Of a stretch of 64,000 nucleotides of DNA, positions 12,364-27,300 are shown one piece after another. Below the pieces are notes generated by a model. The model had not been told where the DNA came from. It searched no databases and was given only the letters and a program-made list of their open reading frames with translations. Made by a program: the position numbers and the translations under genes. This DNA comes from Lingula anatina (Eukaryota > Animalia > Brachiopoda): positions 8,866,001 through 8,930,000 of the forward strand of contig CM120646.1 of the NCBI GenBank assembly GCA_051362555.1, given 5' to 3'. Positions within the stretch are counted from its first letter, which is position 1. Each line of letters begins with the position of its first letter.

Positions 12364-15300
12364 TTCGGTAAAATTTTCAAATGGAAACTATATATATATA
12401 TAACTATTAGCATATAACTATTTGCATAGCTTATCCTCAAATTTGTAACTTGAAGGAATTCATGTAAATTGAAAAGAACCATTGAAAATGTAACATGTAA
12501 TAAGTGTTATTAGTACCACCAGCGTGTACGCTGGCGGTACTCATGGTTTTAGTCCCGATCCATCTCGTACAGCTCCGCCGGCTCCTGCGGCTCCGCAGGA
12601 TGACGTGGGATACAAGTCACTGTTACCGCTTCTCCTCCTAGACCGCAAGGACCTGTATCCTCATCTCTTGGATTTAGGTCACATATAATCTCAACTTGAA
12701 CCCCCAGGTTTTTTTGTCTCAGTTGCTGCATTGGCCTGGTTGTGATGCTCGTTGAAACGCACCCTTGTCAAAATTTTTGAAAATTCAATGCTAAATATCT
12801 CCCAAACTGATGGAATTATGGGAAAAATTTCTACAGATGGCTGACCGAAAGTCATATGTGGAGATTTTAAATATGCCCTTGGATTTGACCCTTGACCTTT
12901 ATTTCAAGGTCAAATGGGCCAAAATTAAAAAAAAAAAAACGAAATTTTTTACGAAAAAAAATTATTTGCGCTGATATTCAGAAACCACACAGACCTAACC
13001 AATAATATTATTGGAAAATGTTACCCTTCGGGTCATCTTTCATCACCGTGAATTTGGGGTCAATCGGTGCATTTTGACAGGAGTAGCGGCCATAAATTAC
13101 CGAAACTGAAAACTGTCTCTAATTCGGGAACCGTTAATGCTAGAGACCCATTTTGTAAAGCATGTAAAGCCCAACACTGCTTGTGGTCTCTGTTTTTTTG
13201 TATTCCATACGGTTTTCGAATTATGCTGTAGCAAAAAGTATATTGTGGTGGTGAAGGCAAAATGTGCAGTACGGTAATGTATAATAAATTTTGAACCCCG
13301 GGTAAATAAAACATAAGGCTTGGCGAGGCAGACAATTTCTGGTGAAAAATGACATCTGGCCCCGTATGCACAAAACATCTTAAGTTGAGAATTCCCCAAA
13401 TATCTCCTCAACTTTAAGGTACCTCATTGGGTCTCTTAAGTGGAAATTTTGTCCTTAGATTCAGTGACTGTACAACACAGTGGCATTCATTTGCGCTAGT
13501 CAAAGCTGTACAGCAACATTATTTCTCTATAGCTCTTATTATTGCTGTTTATCGTGAAGAAGTGGATGAACTGGAAAGGGCAGTCGCAAGACCAAGAATA
13601 TTTCGGGACTGCGAAAATCCTTCATAGAGAGTTCCACTGGGTATTTACGTTACCTGTGAGTCACTTTCTATTTCCCAAGATGCATGAAATGTTGATAATA
13701 TTTAGCGTAATCCACGACGAACTCCATTCCTGTGACCCCCTCCCCCAAAATGGGACCGTCTTCATTAACATGTGGTTTGCGCTATGCTGGAGCAGACCAG
13801 ATAAAACCAGTCTCTCATTTCTGCATGTGCTCAATTCTCACGTCAAATTATAAATGCACCTGTTTTGTGAAAATTATGGCAAGTAAATGCTTTTTTTACG
13901 TTCGGGTTGTATCAGTGGGGTTTTCAATATGCACCGTGGTTTGTGCACAGCGAGAGTATATAAGTAAGAAAATCGGAAGAATGCCAGCAAAATACTGTAT
14001 GTCTATCGGCACAGGTATTTTGCCTTTTCTCAATATGTTTTTATATGACATGCTTTTTAAATAAAATACTTAATAGTAATTTGAAGTTACACTGATTTCC
14101 GTTTGAGTACCAGTTGGTATTCTTCGATACGGGTGATTGAATTTTCTTCGGAAGTACGTACGTCTATGCCTCGACGCTGAGCAAGCCTTGCGGGTTGAAA
14201 ACAACTGATCTCAGACTGGTAAAAAATTTCAATTCGGTTGATTTCAGTTGTCATATTAAAATTCAAATAGGGCGTACGTAGATCACATAACTAGTTTAAG
14301 TCCACTAAAGCTACCAGTTTCAAATATAAGTGACAGGCCTTTGTTTACAACACCTGTCTCCGGGGAAATACTCGTCCCACTTGTGAAGCGCATCATGAAA
14401 GTGATCGTAGGTGAGGGAAATATATAATTAAAAATTATAATTGTCGTCTTTTTTAATGTTAAGTAATGTTAGCACATATTGTACACAGCAAAATAAGATC
14501 TCCGGAGGATAAAACATGCCTGAAACACATGTTAGGCGAAAATTGCAGCTTATCTTGCGTAACACTTCCGGTAAAATGCAATACTTCTGGAAAGATGGAC
14601 ATTTGGGAGATGCCCCTAACAATCCGACGATATCAAAGGTTTCCATTTGCTGTATTTTAATCAATTCGACCAAACTGACATTTCCATGAAATTAATTAAT
14701 TAATCTTGGTCGAATTGTTTGGCATATTACCGTATACAATTAACATAGGTATTTAATATGTGCATACGTAGGGTCAATAGTGAAATTAATAATTAAAATT
14801 AATATTAATATTATGAATTACATGCCACAATTTTTCATCACAGATAACACTTGAAATATGTAAGTCTATGACATGTAAATGGCCATAGTCATGAAATAAG
14901 TATATGCTGGGCTTATTTCTTTTTTAGGGCCCATGAAAAAATCATCCCCCGCCGCATTACTTTTTCTGCTCACATAAAAAAATTATAATGTAAATTTACC
15001 CCATCAAATGTGCACCTCATGCACAAAAACAGACTCTCCCTGTACTAAGAGTGCCTCTCACTGCAATTTATGTTACTAGCTTTGCTCATGGTACGTTCCA
15101 TGTTTTAGTGTATGTAATGACGGTCCTGAGGGCATCGTTGGTTAAATTCAATGTGTTTTTGTATGAGCAAAAAGTACGCCCTACTGAATCACTTCTTGTA
15201 GGTGACAATGATGGTAAACTAATATTTTTTATGGCCGATAGGGGAGATGGGTGCACATGTATCAGCCAATAGAGATAAAACCTTTTGATTAAAATGTAAT

Positions 15301-18300
15301 TATGTCACTGGATTATTATTATTAGTGTTGGGTCTGGGGATTGGATGACATGCCTCTTTTTCTGTCAGAGTATGAAGAATACTAGGCCTACACAAGAAGT
15401 TACAACTTCTTGGCCTACACAATTGATATCTCAACTCTTCTAATAATAACTGATAAGCCTATCATATCCAAGTAAAGGATTCCTTCAAACATGGATTCCC
15501 CCAGGAATTCCCCAGTGTGAGCTATTGTAACAGGTAATTCTGTTGGTCAATGCACAGGCTAAACATAGCTAAACACATAAGAGAAATCCTACAGAGTTGA
15601 GGAAATTCCTATTATTTGAGAAAATTCTTGGCTTAGGAAATTCTTAAGGTACTTTGTGCATACCACTTAAGGGGTTTCCTCAGCTAAGAATTTTCTTATG
15701 AAGTTAAGGAGAATTTTTAACTTAAGATAAGGATTTTTTGTGCATGCGGGGCCTGAAACTTCTGAGCACCTCCCATTTCAAGAATTTCAACCAAATTGAC
15801 CTTTTCTTTATTTTAATTAATTTTTCTGTAGGAAATTTATGGCACATTATTGTAACTCCAAAATTGTAACATTAAGTCCCTTAAATCTCTAAAACTGGCA
15901 GAGATGGGTCCATAGTTACTATTAAAGTTGAATAGGAAATCACATACTGGCAATTTACTGTGACCTTAAAATTGACCTTTGACCTACTTTTCACCATGAA
16001 CTGAATTTTGCTAATTTCTTTCCCTTTTATCTCCAAAACTGGCAGAGATAGGTCCATAGTTACTATTGAACTTGAATAGGAAGTCATATACTGGCAATCT
16101 AAGTGTGACCCTGAAATTGACCTTTGACCTACTTTTCATCATGAATTGAACTTTGCAAATTTTTGTCATATACTGGCAATCTAAGTGTGACCTTAAAATT
16201 GACCTTTGACCTACTTTTTACCATAAACTGAACTTTGCAAATTTTTGTTCCCTTTTATCTCCAACACTGGCAAAGATACGCATAGTTACTTTTGAATTTG
16301 AATAGAAAGCCATTAGAGGCAATTTACTATGACCTTAAAATTGACCTTTGACCTACTTTTCACCATGAACTGAACTTTGCAAATTTTCGTTCCCTTTTAT
16401 CACCAAAACTGGCAGAGATAGGTCCATAGTTACTAGTAAAGTTGAATAGGAAGTCATATACCGGCACTTCACTGTGATCTTAAAATTGACCTTTGACCTA
16501 CTTTTTACCATGAACTGAACTTTGCAAATTTTCGTTCCCTTTTATCTCCAATACTGGCAAAGATACACCCATAGTTACTATTGAATTTGAATAGAAAGTC
16601 ATTACAGGCAATTTACTGTGACCTTAAAATTGACCTTTGAGCTACTTTCCATCATGAATTGAACTTTGCAAATTTTGGTTCCCTTTTATCTCCAAAACTG
16701 GCAGAGATAGGTCCATAGTTACTATTGAACTTGAATAGGAAGTCATATACTGGCAATTTACTGTGACCTTAAAATTTACCTTTGACCTACTTTTTGCCAT
16801 AAACTGAACTTTGCAAATTTTCGTTCCTTTTTATCTCCAATACTGGCAAAGATACGCCCATAGTTACTATTGAATTTGAGTAGGAAGTAATACACTGGCA
16901 ATCTGTGACCTTGAAATTAATCTTTGACCAACTTTTTTATGATGAACTGCTTTTTGCATGTTTTCTGGCCTTTAAATCTGCAAAATTGGCAAAGAAATGC
17001 CCATGGTTACTTTTGAACTTGAATAGAAATTCATATACTATGATATTGAAATTGACCTTTGACCTACTTTTTCACCATGAACTGAGCTTTGCATATTTTC
17101 TTGCCCCTCATATCTTCAAAACTAGCAGAGATGTGCCTGTTGTTGCCCCTAGGTTTTCTCTTTTGTCAGCATATATGCACCACTGACAACACATTTCAAG
17201 GGAAACCAATAGGCCTTTTGTCTACAGAATTGCAGGAGTGATCAATGGTAGGAAAATGCAAGACAATTCGAAAATCTGCTTGATTGTTCCATTTTTAGTT
17301 ATTTTATTTATTTATTTATTTTTTTGCATATTTTGAAAACTCTTGTTGATTGTATTTTATAGAGCTTGTCAAGCACAAGACTGGTGGTGGTGTCCCCTTT
17401 TTTTTTTTTGGGGGGGGGGGGTCCATACGAATGCGCTTACTCCAGCTGGTGGTACAATATCTGGAGGCGGTATCGCCTCTCTGATCCTCTAGTTTTTAGT
17501 TTAGATTTACATATTTTTGTATATGTACTTGGTTTGTTCTCTTCCAATGTGTTGTTTCCATTACTTTCCAATAGATTGACAAAGCCTGCTCCTCATTTAG
17601 ATGGGTAAGTTCATTTGTCCAACCATTAATTATTTTTAATCTGATTATCATTGGTGTAATCTATGATCAGTTGGTAACTGTAAAGTATTGTAGCAAGTGA
17701 GTGAAACAATTAGTGAGACACAGATACTGTTACTGACACCTGTGTCATTTATTATCTTGGGCAAGTAAACTTTAAAGTTAAGGCAAAACAAGCTCTATCA
17801 AGGCTCTCTCTCCCTATTGTTGCAGACCATGTAATTTTTTGCTATTAAGAAAGAGAATTTTTAAGAGCATAGTGCTCGCACACCAAAGGCAGCAATGTAT
17901 TTTCCCCCCATACACCTTTATTATATACAGAAACTATGTCTGTATATATTTTGATCTCTGTGGCTATGTTGTCACTTTTGCTGATGCCAATTCCGTCAGA
18001 TACTCAGGTCCCTATCAATCAATCAATCAATCACATCAACTGCAGTCGACCATTGACATAATCAGTTAAGCAATAGCATACATAGATATGGTAATGTGCC
18101 AAGCATTTCAATGGGCCCAGTCAATCCAACCAAAAAATTATATTATTAAATTAATTTTCTGGGCTCAAACATTTAGTCCATACATCAAAATCATGTGACA
18201 GAATTTTTTTTCTTGTGTAGATTGTTCGACCGCATCCTTGGCAAGACTCGATAAATTTTCAAGCCAATGAAATAGATGCTGCATGCCTCGGCCCTTTGTC

Positions 18301-21300
18301 AATTATTGACTTTTGTTGTCTTTTCAATAGCTCTCGTCCCCGATGACAATAAAAGTGCTTATAGACATACAATTTTTATGTACAGACACAGATGTGTCTG
18401 TACATATTGCCATCACCTGCGTCTGTCGCTGCCGATGCCGGCGCCGTGCACTTTCCTTGTAAACACGATAAGTGGAGGGCAGTTTTACTTTTTGGCTTTA
18501 TATTTACAGAGCTGATGAATATTCATAAAACGCAGGTCAAGTTCGAAAATCAGCATGATCCGGCCATTATTGTAGAAGTTATGCTGTTTTTTTCACTTTT
18601 TAGCATATATGCAACACTGTAAACACATTTAAAGGTAAATTAATAGGCCCGTTGTCATGAAACTTACAGGAGTACTCAATCTTACTAAAATGCAGGTCAA
18701 GTTCGAAAATCGGCAAGATCGGGCCACTATTTTAGTACTTATGCTGTTTTTTTATTTTCAGCATATATGCAACACTGTAAAAACAATATAAGAAAAACAT
18801 ATAGACCAATTGTCATTAAACTCACAGGAGTGGTCAATCTTACTAAAATGCAGGTTGAGTTCGAAAATCGGCATAATCGGGCCATTATTTTAGAAGTTAT
18901 GCTGTTTTTTCACATTTCCTCAGATTCAATTCTAAGGCATGTTAACAGTCTCATTATTTAACTAATAAGATACGTAAAAGTGTTTGTTTGATATATCCTG
19001 CATCTTTACAACATTGTTAGTTGATTATGTAAAAATGATGGTAAACTTGTTATCATGTATTGTATAATAGAGTTTCAAAAATGGAAATAAACTCATATCA
19101 TTTCAGTTTGTCAGATTGAATCATTCACTATGTTCAGAATCTCAGAATGGAGGAAATTGGACATTTAACACTATTCTATTGATATTTTTCCCATCTCATC
19201 AATTTTCTTAGTTGATCATATAAAAATGGCAGTAAACTGTTAATTTTGTTTTATGTTAAAAAATTGTTAAAAATGGGAAAACACCCATTTCAGAACAGTG
19301 CTGTCTTGTTTACATTTTGGCATTTTCAAGGTGTGACTTTGAAGTTCCATGGGCCTGAACACCTTTGCTAGTCACATTTTCTGAATATCCATGATACTAA
19401 TATTTTATTATTAAAAATTGATGGTCATTATGCTGTTAAACATAATGTAATATTGCATCAAAATTTGAAGAAACCCCTATTTTGGGCACTGCTTCCATGA
19501 TGACCATTTAAGGAAAACCATGTCACTTACTGTTCTCAAACTTACAGGAAAGAAACACAGGACTAAAATACAGCTTCAGTAAGCAATGCAGTCTTTTTGG
19601 TAAATTTTTTCTGGCAATTAAACAGTTTTTTTTTTTTTTTTTTTTGTGAAAATTTAACTTTTCACATATTGGCATTTTCAAGGTGTGACTTAGAACCTCC
19701 ACGGGCTTGAAGACCCATGCTATCCATTATACATATATTTTATTATTAAAAGTTGATGGTCATTTTGCTGTTAAGCATTATGTAATATTGCATTAAAATA
19801 GAAGAAAACACAATTTTTGGTGCTGCTGCCATGCTGACCATTATGGGAAAACCATGTTACTTATGATTATCAAACTTTCAAAAAAGAAACACAGGACTTA
19901 AATGCAGCCTGAGTTGGAAAAGCAGTCTAATTGGCTATTTTTCTGGAAGTTATACATTTTAGTGAAATATTCATTTTTATTGTGTTGGCATTTTCATTGT
20001 GGGACTCAGAGCTCCCATGGACATAAAGCCATATGGTAACCAAATTTTCTACATGTCCATGCTATTTAAAGTCAATAATCAAAAATTGGTGATAATTATT
20101 CTGTAACTTATTATGTAATGTTACATCAAAATTGTCAAAAATGCACTGGTACTACAAACATTTTGAAAAGAAAACTGTGTTACTTATTATTATTATTATT
20201 ATTTTTCCTCTTAACACACATTTTAATGTATCCCACACTGTTGTAGGGTCTGCTTCATACTTCAACTCACATACTTCTTGAATTTTGGCTTTGATTAAGT
20301 TGACTTTAGATTCTTTGTGAAACACTCCTAGTCGACTGCAGCATAGTTGACCTAGCTAGGTCACTCAGCTGGAGCTAGTCAACTACGGATTTAAGATTCT
20401 TTGTGAAAAGGGGGCCAGGTCTCAGGTCTAAAAACAAACTGACAAAGTTTTAAGAGAAGGTGGTAGCTGACATAATTATGTAGAATTGAATATTTTCAGG
20501 GAATTTCAGGATCATGTAACTCAACAAAAAACAAAGGAAATTGGGATGCAATGTAGCATGATGCTTTGATGCAGCACAAGGAAATTAGAGTAAAGTGTGT
20601 GTGTCAGTATAGCAATGGAATGATGTATATGTTTAATTGTAGGAAACATGTGGTTTTTGGCCATGTAATCAGAGGACAGGATGTTGTAATAGCTATTGAG
20701 AACCAGAAGACAGATGAAAATAATCGTCCTATCAATGAGGTTAAGATAACCAGCTGTGGAGAGCTTATTTTGCAGATTAAACAAAAAGGTAAGATTTTTG
20801 AAAAGAGAGCTTATTTGATTTGTAGATTGTATGACGAAGGAGGTGAACAAAAGTTTTCATAACTTGAAAATAATATTATATTCTTCTAAATATTTCCTGA
20901 CCTGTTTACAAGGTGCCAAATAAAGGTAACAGAGTAAACAGAGAGAGAGAGATAATCTCCGCTTCAATTACACAAACATGCTGAAACTGTCGGTCCGATC
21001 AGTCATGACTGGCAAAATTTTTCTGGACCAATAAAAAATCTGACTTGGTTGGTCCAAAATTCTAAACATAGATTGTGGCAGTGCCACAGCATGTAACAGC
21101 TATGTGAAGTCTTGTTTTAAATTTCTGAATTTTGAAAACCTTCCCTTTGTATGTTCAGACACAGATGTATCTGTATATACAGCTGTCGCCTGTGTTTGTT
21201 GTTGTCATTGTTGTTGCCTTGCACTTTCAGTGTTATACAAATAAGATGAAAAACGTTTTACTTTTTGTGTTCAACTTACAGAACTGAAATCAAAAGTTGT

Positions 21301-24300
21301 TTTATTTTATTATTTTTTTTTTAGCATATTTTATCCATTGTCATACAAATTGGAAATCTTTCTATTCACTGTATTGCATCGGAATTCTCAAAATGACCTA
21401 TATTGTGCATCAGTATAGTCTTTACATTTGACACCACTGCAACCTTGTTTCATTATCAGTACCTAATGTTATATAACAATGTCTTCTGAAATATACAGAA
21501 GACACTGCAGTTTATACATTACTGGAAATATTTGAAACTTAATTATCTAATTCTATATTGAACAATTATATTGGTTCATCATGAAATGAGAATGCACAGT
21601 GTGCATGCACGTCAGTAGCACAAGGCGGGAAGTGCGTGGTTAGCAAGAATTTTCTTGCATGTATGTATTTTGACATTTTTGTCAATACATATTGGTGTAT
21701 TCTGTTCTTTTTTGGCAATACATCTTTTTTCCAACATGTTGGAGAAAAATGAGCTGGCGAAGTTCACCCTGAGCTTCAGAGCTTACTTGACACTAACCTT
21801 TTCACTGTAGCCGATCTTCATCGTGTCAAGTAACCTCTGACGAAAATAGTTTGACCTAGTTTATATAAGCCAATCAAATCCATGTTTCAAAATTTTTCAC
21901 CAAAGTTTGGTGAAAACGCTGATTGGTTGACCGTCAATCGGCAATCCTCGGCTAATTCCGCAAGCTCCATACTAACAACATAGTTATTGTCGAGTGCGGA
22001 GACATCCGAGTAGTTCCGAGTGTATTACCGTACACAAAGAAAGCAAGGCGAGTGACTACGAAAAAGAATGTGTTAAGTTATCTCTTGATTCTTTGCAAAA
22101 TATGAGTAAATCAGAATTGAAACCATAGGGTCTAGCAGTTTGAGGCCCTGCATCATTATCTACTGAGAGACGATGTAATTTGCGTGCTGCCCACAGGTTA
22201 CGGCAAGTCCCTGATATTCAGCCTTATCTTTGATTGGTCCGGATTTGAACAAAGCGCGCTTTGACTCGTTCGCGTTCATTGGCTAGATCGTTTAATGAGT
22301 CATTGAGTGCGGGCTTTTAAATTTGATTGGCGGGCGGCGGAGGCAATCGAATCTGGTCAGAGGTTACTTGACACGATGAAGATAGGCTACAGTGAAGAGG
22401 TTAGTGTCAAGTTAGCTCTGAAGCTCAGGGTGGCGAAGTTAGACTTGGAAAAATAAACAAGTGGCTAAAAGTAGTGAGAAATCTGCTGGCGCTGAAGACC
22501 ACTAGTGTTGCTGCGAAAATCGCAACAAACCAAGAATCGAAGATTCTAGAATACTTGCAAAGTCTGAATGAAAAACAGACATCTAACGATGCCAAATTGG
22601 ACATGTTATCTTCTAGGAAAACTGATACAGAGGAAACGGGAATGATGAATACTAATGTACAACAATAGCCAGGCATTATTATGTAAAGCCAGCGTGCAAA
22701 AGACTGAAATCTTTACAGCGACCTCTTGAGAATGAGGTCAATCATCAGAGCAATTTTGCAGATATGGCCTAGTGTTTTATGAATGAGGACTTTGTGGGTA
22801 CTCCATCGGAGGAAACTTTAGCAGCAGACATTAGTGTCATACGCCGACTCCGAGCCTGATTCAAGATCAGAAAAATCAAGTTCGGCTGTTTTATTAGCTG
22901 CTTGAGTGATTAGTGTGGAGCTTTTCACCAGAGACGAACCCACTATCTGCAGCATTTTGTCTGTGTGCTTATTGTACCACCAGCGTTAGCGCTGGCGGTA
23001 CACATGGTTTCGGTCCCGTCCGGATCGTTCCGCCGGCTCCGCCGGCTCCGTTGGCTCCGCCGGCTCCGCCGGCTCCGCCGGACGGCTACCGTTACCGCTT
23101 CTCCTCCTAGACGGTAAGGGCCCCCGTACCCATCTCATGGATTTAGGTCACCTATAATCTCAACTCGTTCCACGTAAAATTTGGGCTTTGTCGGTATTGG
23201 GGTCTGGGTGTGGCACTCATTGCAATGCACCCTTGTCTAAAAATGGCAAAATTAAATGCTAATTATCTACCCTACGGAAGGAGTTATGGGAAAAATTTCT
23301 ATAGACGGCTTTCCAAAAGTCATATGTGTAGATTTCAAATATACCCTTGGATTTGACCTTTGACCTTTACTTCAAGGTCAAATGGGCCAAAATTTTCAAA
23401 AAAATGAAATTTTTTACGAAAAAAATTTTTTTTGCCCTGTTATTCAGACACCACACAGACTTAACCAATAATATTATTGGAAGGTGTTACCCTTCAGGTC
23501 ATCTTTCATCTCCATGAATTTGGGGTCAATCGGTGCATTTTCACGGGAGTAGCAGCCATAAGATACCGAAACTGAAAACTGTCTCTAATTCGGGAACCGT
23601 TAATGCTAGAGACCCATTCTTTTTTGCATTTTGTAGAGCATGTAAAGCCCAACACTGGAGGTGGTCTCGGTTTTTTTGTATTCCATACGGTTTTCGAGTT
23701 ACGCTGTATCAAAAAGTACATATTGGTGGTAAAAGCAAAATGTGCGGTACGGTAATGGATAATAAATTTTGAACTCTGGAAAAATAAAACATAAGGCTTG
23801 GCAAAGCAGACAACTTGTGTTCAAAAATGACATTATTTCATCAAATTTGAACTTCTGACACTTCAGAGCACCTCCTATTTCAAGAATTTTGACCAAAATG
23901 ACATTTTCTTTATTTTAATTAATTTTTTCTGTACGAAATTTAAGGCACATTATGGTAACTCCAAAATTATAACATTTAGTCCCTTATATCTCCAAAACTG
24001 GCAGAGATAGGTCCATAGTTACTATTGAAGTTGAATAAGAAGTCATATACTGGCAATCTTACTATGACCTTGAAAGTGACCTTTGACCTACTTTTCACCA
24101 TGAACTGAACTTTGCAAATTTTGCTTCCCTTTTATCTCCAAAACTGGCAGAGATAGGTCCATAGTTACTATTGAAGTTGAATAGGAAGTCATATACTGGC
24201 AATCTTACTATGACCTTGAAAGTGACCTTTGACCTACTTTTCACCATGAACTGAACTTTGCAAATTTTTCTTCCCTTTTATCTCCAAAACTGGCAGAGAT

Positions 24301-27300
24301 AGGTCCATAGTTACTATTGAACTTGAATAGGAAGTCATATACTGGCAATCTAAATGTGACCTTAAAATTGACCTTTGACCTACTTTTCACCATAAACTGA
24401 ACTTTGCAAAATTTGCTTCCCTTTTATCTCCAAAACTGGCAGAGATAGGTCCATAGTTACTATTGAACTTGAATAGGAAGTCATATACTGGCAATCTAAA
24501 TGTGACCTTAAAATTGACCTTTGACCTACTTTACACCATGAACTGAATTTTGCAAATTTTGCTTTCCTTTTATCTCCAAAACTGGCTGAGATAGGTCCGT
24601 AGTTACTATTGAACTTGAATAGGAAGTCATATACTGGCAATCTAAATGTGACCTCAAAATTGACCTTTGACCTACTTTTCACCATAAACTGAACTTTGCA
24701 AATTTTGCTTCCCTTTTATCTCCAAAACTGGCAGAGATAGGTCCATAGTTACTATTGAACTTGAATAGGAAGTCATATACTGGCAATCTAAATGTGACCT
24801 TGAAATTGACCTTTGACCTACTTTTCACCATGAACTGAATTTTGCAAATTTTGCTTTCCTTTTATCTCCAAAACTGGCAGAGATAGGTCCATAGTTACTA
24901 TTGAACTTGAAAAGGAAGTCATATACTGGCAATCTAAATGTGACCTTAAAATTGACCTTTGACCTACTTTACACCATAAACTGAATTTTGCAAATTTTGC
25001 TTCCCTTTTATCTCCAAAACTGGCAGAGATAGGTCCATAGTTACTATTGAACTTGAATAGGAAGTCATATACTGGCAATCTAAATGTGACCTTGAAATTG
25101 ACCTTTGACCTACTTTTCACCATGAACTGAACTTTGCAAATTTTGCTTTCCTTTTATCTCCAAAACTGGCAGAGATAGGTCCATAGTTACTATTGAACTT
25201 GAAAAGGAAGTCATATACTGGCAATCTAAATGTGACCTTAAAATTGACCTTTGACCTACTTTACACCATAAACTGAATTTTGCAAATTTTGCTTTCCTTT
25301 TATCTCCAAAACTGGCTGAGATAGGTCCGTAGTTACTATTGAACTTGAATGGAAAGTCATATACTGGCAATCTAAATGTGACCTTGAAATTGACCTTTGA
25401 CCTACTTTTTATCATGAACTGAACTCTGCTAATTTCTTTCTCTTTTAACTTCAAACTTGACAGAGATAGGTCCATAGTTACTCTTGAACTTGAATAGGAA
25501 GTCATATACTGGCAATTTACTGTGACCTTGAAATTGACCCTTGACCTACCTTACGAAGAACTTAAATTTGATTGTACCATATATATTTTTTTGCAATAGT
25601 TTAAAAATTCTTGTTGATTGCATTTTTACAGCTTGTCAAGCACAAAACTGGTGGCTATGTCCCTTATTTTGTGTATGTGGGGGTCTATACGAATGCGCTT
25701 GCTCCAGCTGGTGGTACAATATTCGGAGGCGGTATCGCCTCTCTGATCCTCTAGTTTGTGGTGCGTATATAACTGCCAAATCATCTTATTGCTAGGGCCC
25801 CGTGGTGAGTGCCTGGCAATTCTCTGGTCTCGAAATACTCTCAGCCGTCTCCTTCAATTATATGCAAAGATGCATTGGCCATCTGTTTGGAGATGTTGCC
25901 TCTTAAACATCTAGAGTGTTGGAATACTCAGCCAAAATAAAGAATAAAATTCAAGGCAGATAAGACGTTTATAAAGGAACCTGTAAACCCAGTAAAAACA
26001 ATACACTGGGCAAGCCAACTATGCTGGAAAACAGCAAGGCAGGTACACTGAAAAGTTCTCAGGGTATCAGACGACCCATGGCAGTGAGCCTAAGGGAATT
26101 TGGCGCAATGACTCAAAATAAATAGGGTAAATATACTGCCCTTATGTCATAAATTGGGAGTTAGGTTGAAATACTTCTCCTCTCAATGGGAAACAAATAT
26201 GCATGACAAAAAATATTTCTGGCATTGTGAAACATTGTCATTGGTTTTAATGAAAATGCTCTGCTTATGAAACATTGAGTGGCAATTACATAATGTTTCA
26301 TTCACCAAGGTATGTGAATATTACAGTTGATTTATTTGCAACAAGAATATGCAAGAAGGTAGAACAATTTTGTTCTCGAACACCACATCCTGGTGACACA
26401 TTTAATGATGTTTTCAGTTTAAGTAGAAAAAATTTTGACTTTAATTGTTTTTCCTCTATTCAGCCTCATGAGGTGGCTGCAGAAAATAAAAACAGTCAAA
26501 ACAAGAGTTGTTATGATGGTACATTTGTGGACAAAAATATGGTGGCCAATGTGTAGTTGTTAATGCAGATGCTGGTCAAAACTTTGATTTTACCACTTGG
26601 GGAAAAATCTTGATGCTGCAGTATTTAGAAAAGGTTCATTCTCTGTCCATTAAAAATGACTTTGCAATTTGCAAGTTATCAGGAAGTATTAGAGACTGGG
26701 GGTTTCAGAACTATCAAACAACATTTTTATGGCATTGAGAGCAAAGGCTAATTGCTAAATGTCAGTACAAGTCATATTTATCAAAGTGATTTCATGTCTG
26801 TTGCGAGCAAAGTATTAATCTGTTTTGTATTTCCGTGAATGATTTTACGGAGTTTTTAGCTGATCTGTATAACAAGGGTCGTGGATATAGTTCCTTGAAT
26901 GCAGCCAGGAGTGCTCTGTCACCACTTGGAATTTTGCTGGAACGTTATTTGGCATGATTGCACCTACAAGTGATTTGTTATATGAAAGATGTATTTAATC
27001 TACACCCACATATACTAGTAGATATACCTGTGTGGGATGTTGATCAAGTTTAATGTTACTTAAATATCTCCTTTACCTAATATTAGTCTGAAAGACTTGA
27101 TTTGGAAACTTACTATGCTTATTGCATTAGTAAATGTTGCCAGAATTCAAAATGTGCACTTGTTAACTGTTAAGAATTTTTTTAAGTTGATATCTAAATG
27201 TTTTCTGTTTTGACGGTTTACTTACACAAGCAGAGTAGACAGAAAGAACTGTCTAAAGTTCGTTTTAAAGCTTATCTTCCTGATAAGAGACTTCGTGTTT

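Larger units (their letters stand above)
12507..17494 (+). mobile_element. Non-autonomous Helentron, family A, copy 1
   Basis: 5' TTATTAGTACCACCAGC with hairpin; 3' subterminal inverted repeat GCTGGTGGTACAATA, then GAGGCGGTATCGCCTC hairpin and CTAG. T-flanked, no TSD, internal 146-bp satellite, collinear with 22969-25756. Confidence 0.88.

Noticed and set aside
13476-15519. CACAGTG ... CAGTGTG ends suggesting an RSS/Transib-like element
   Set aside because: No nonamer at 12 or 23 bp spacing, weak inverted match and no TSD. It may be a decayed CMC element but cannot be supported.
23980-25550. Regular repeat array and repeated 101-131 aa minus-strand ORFs, possible CRISPR or gene cluster
   Set aside because: Head-to-tail 146-bp satellite with no unique spacers; the ORFs are artefacts of the repeat.
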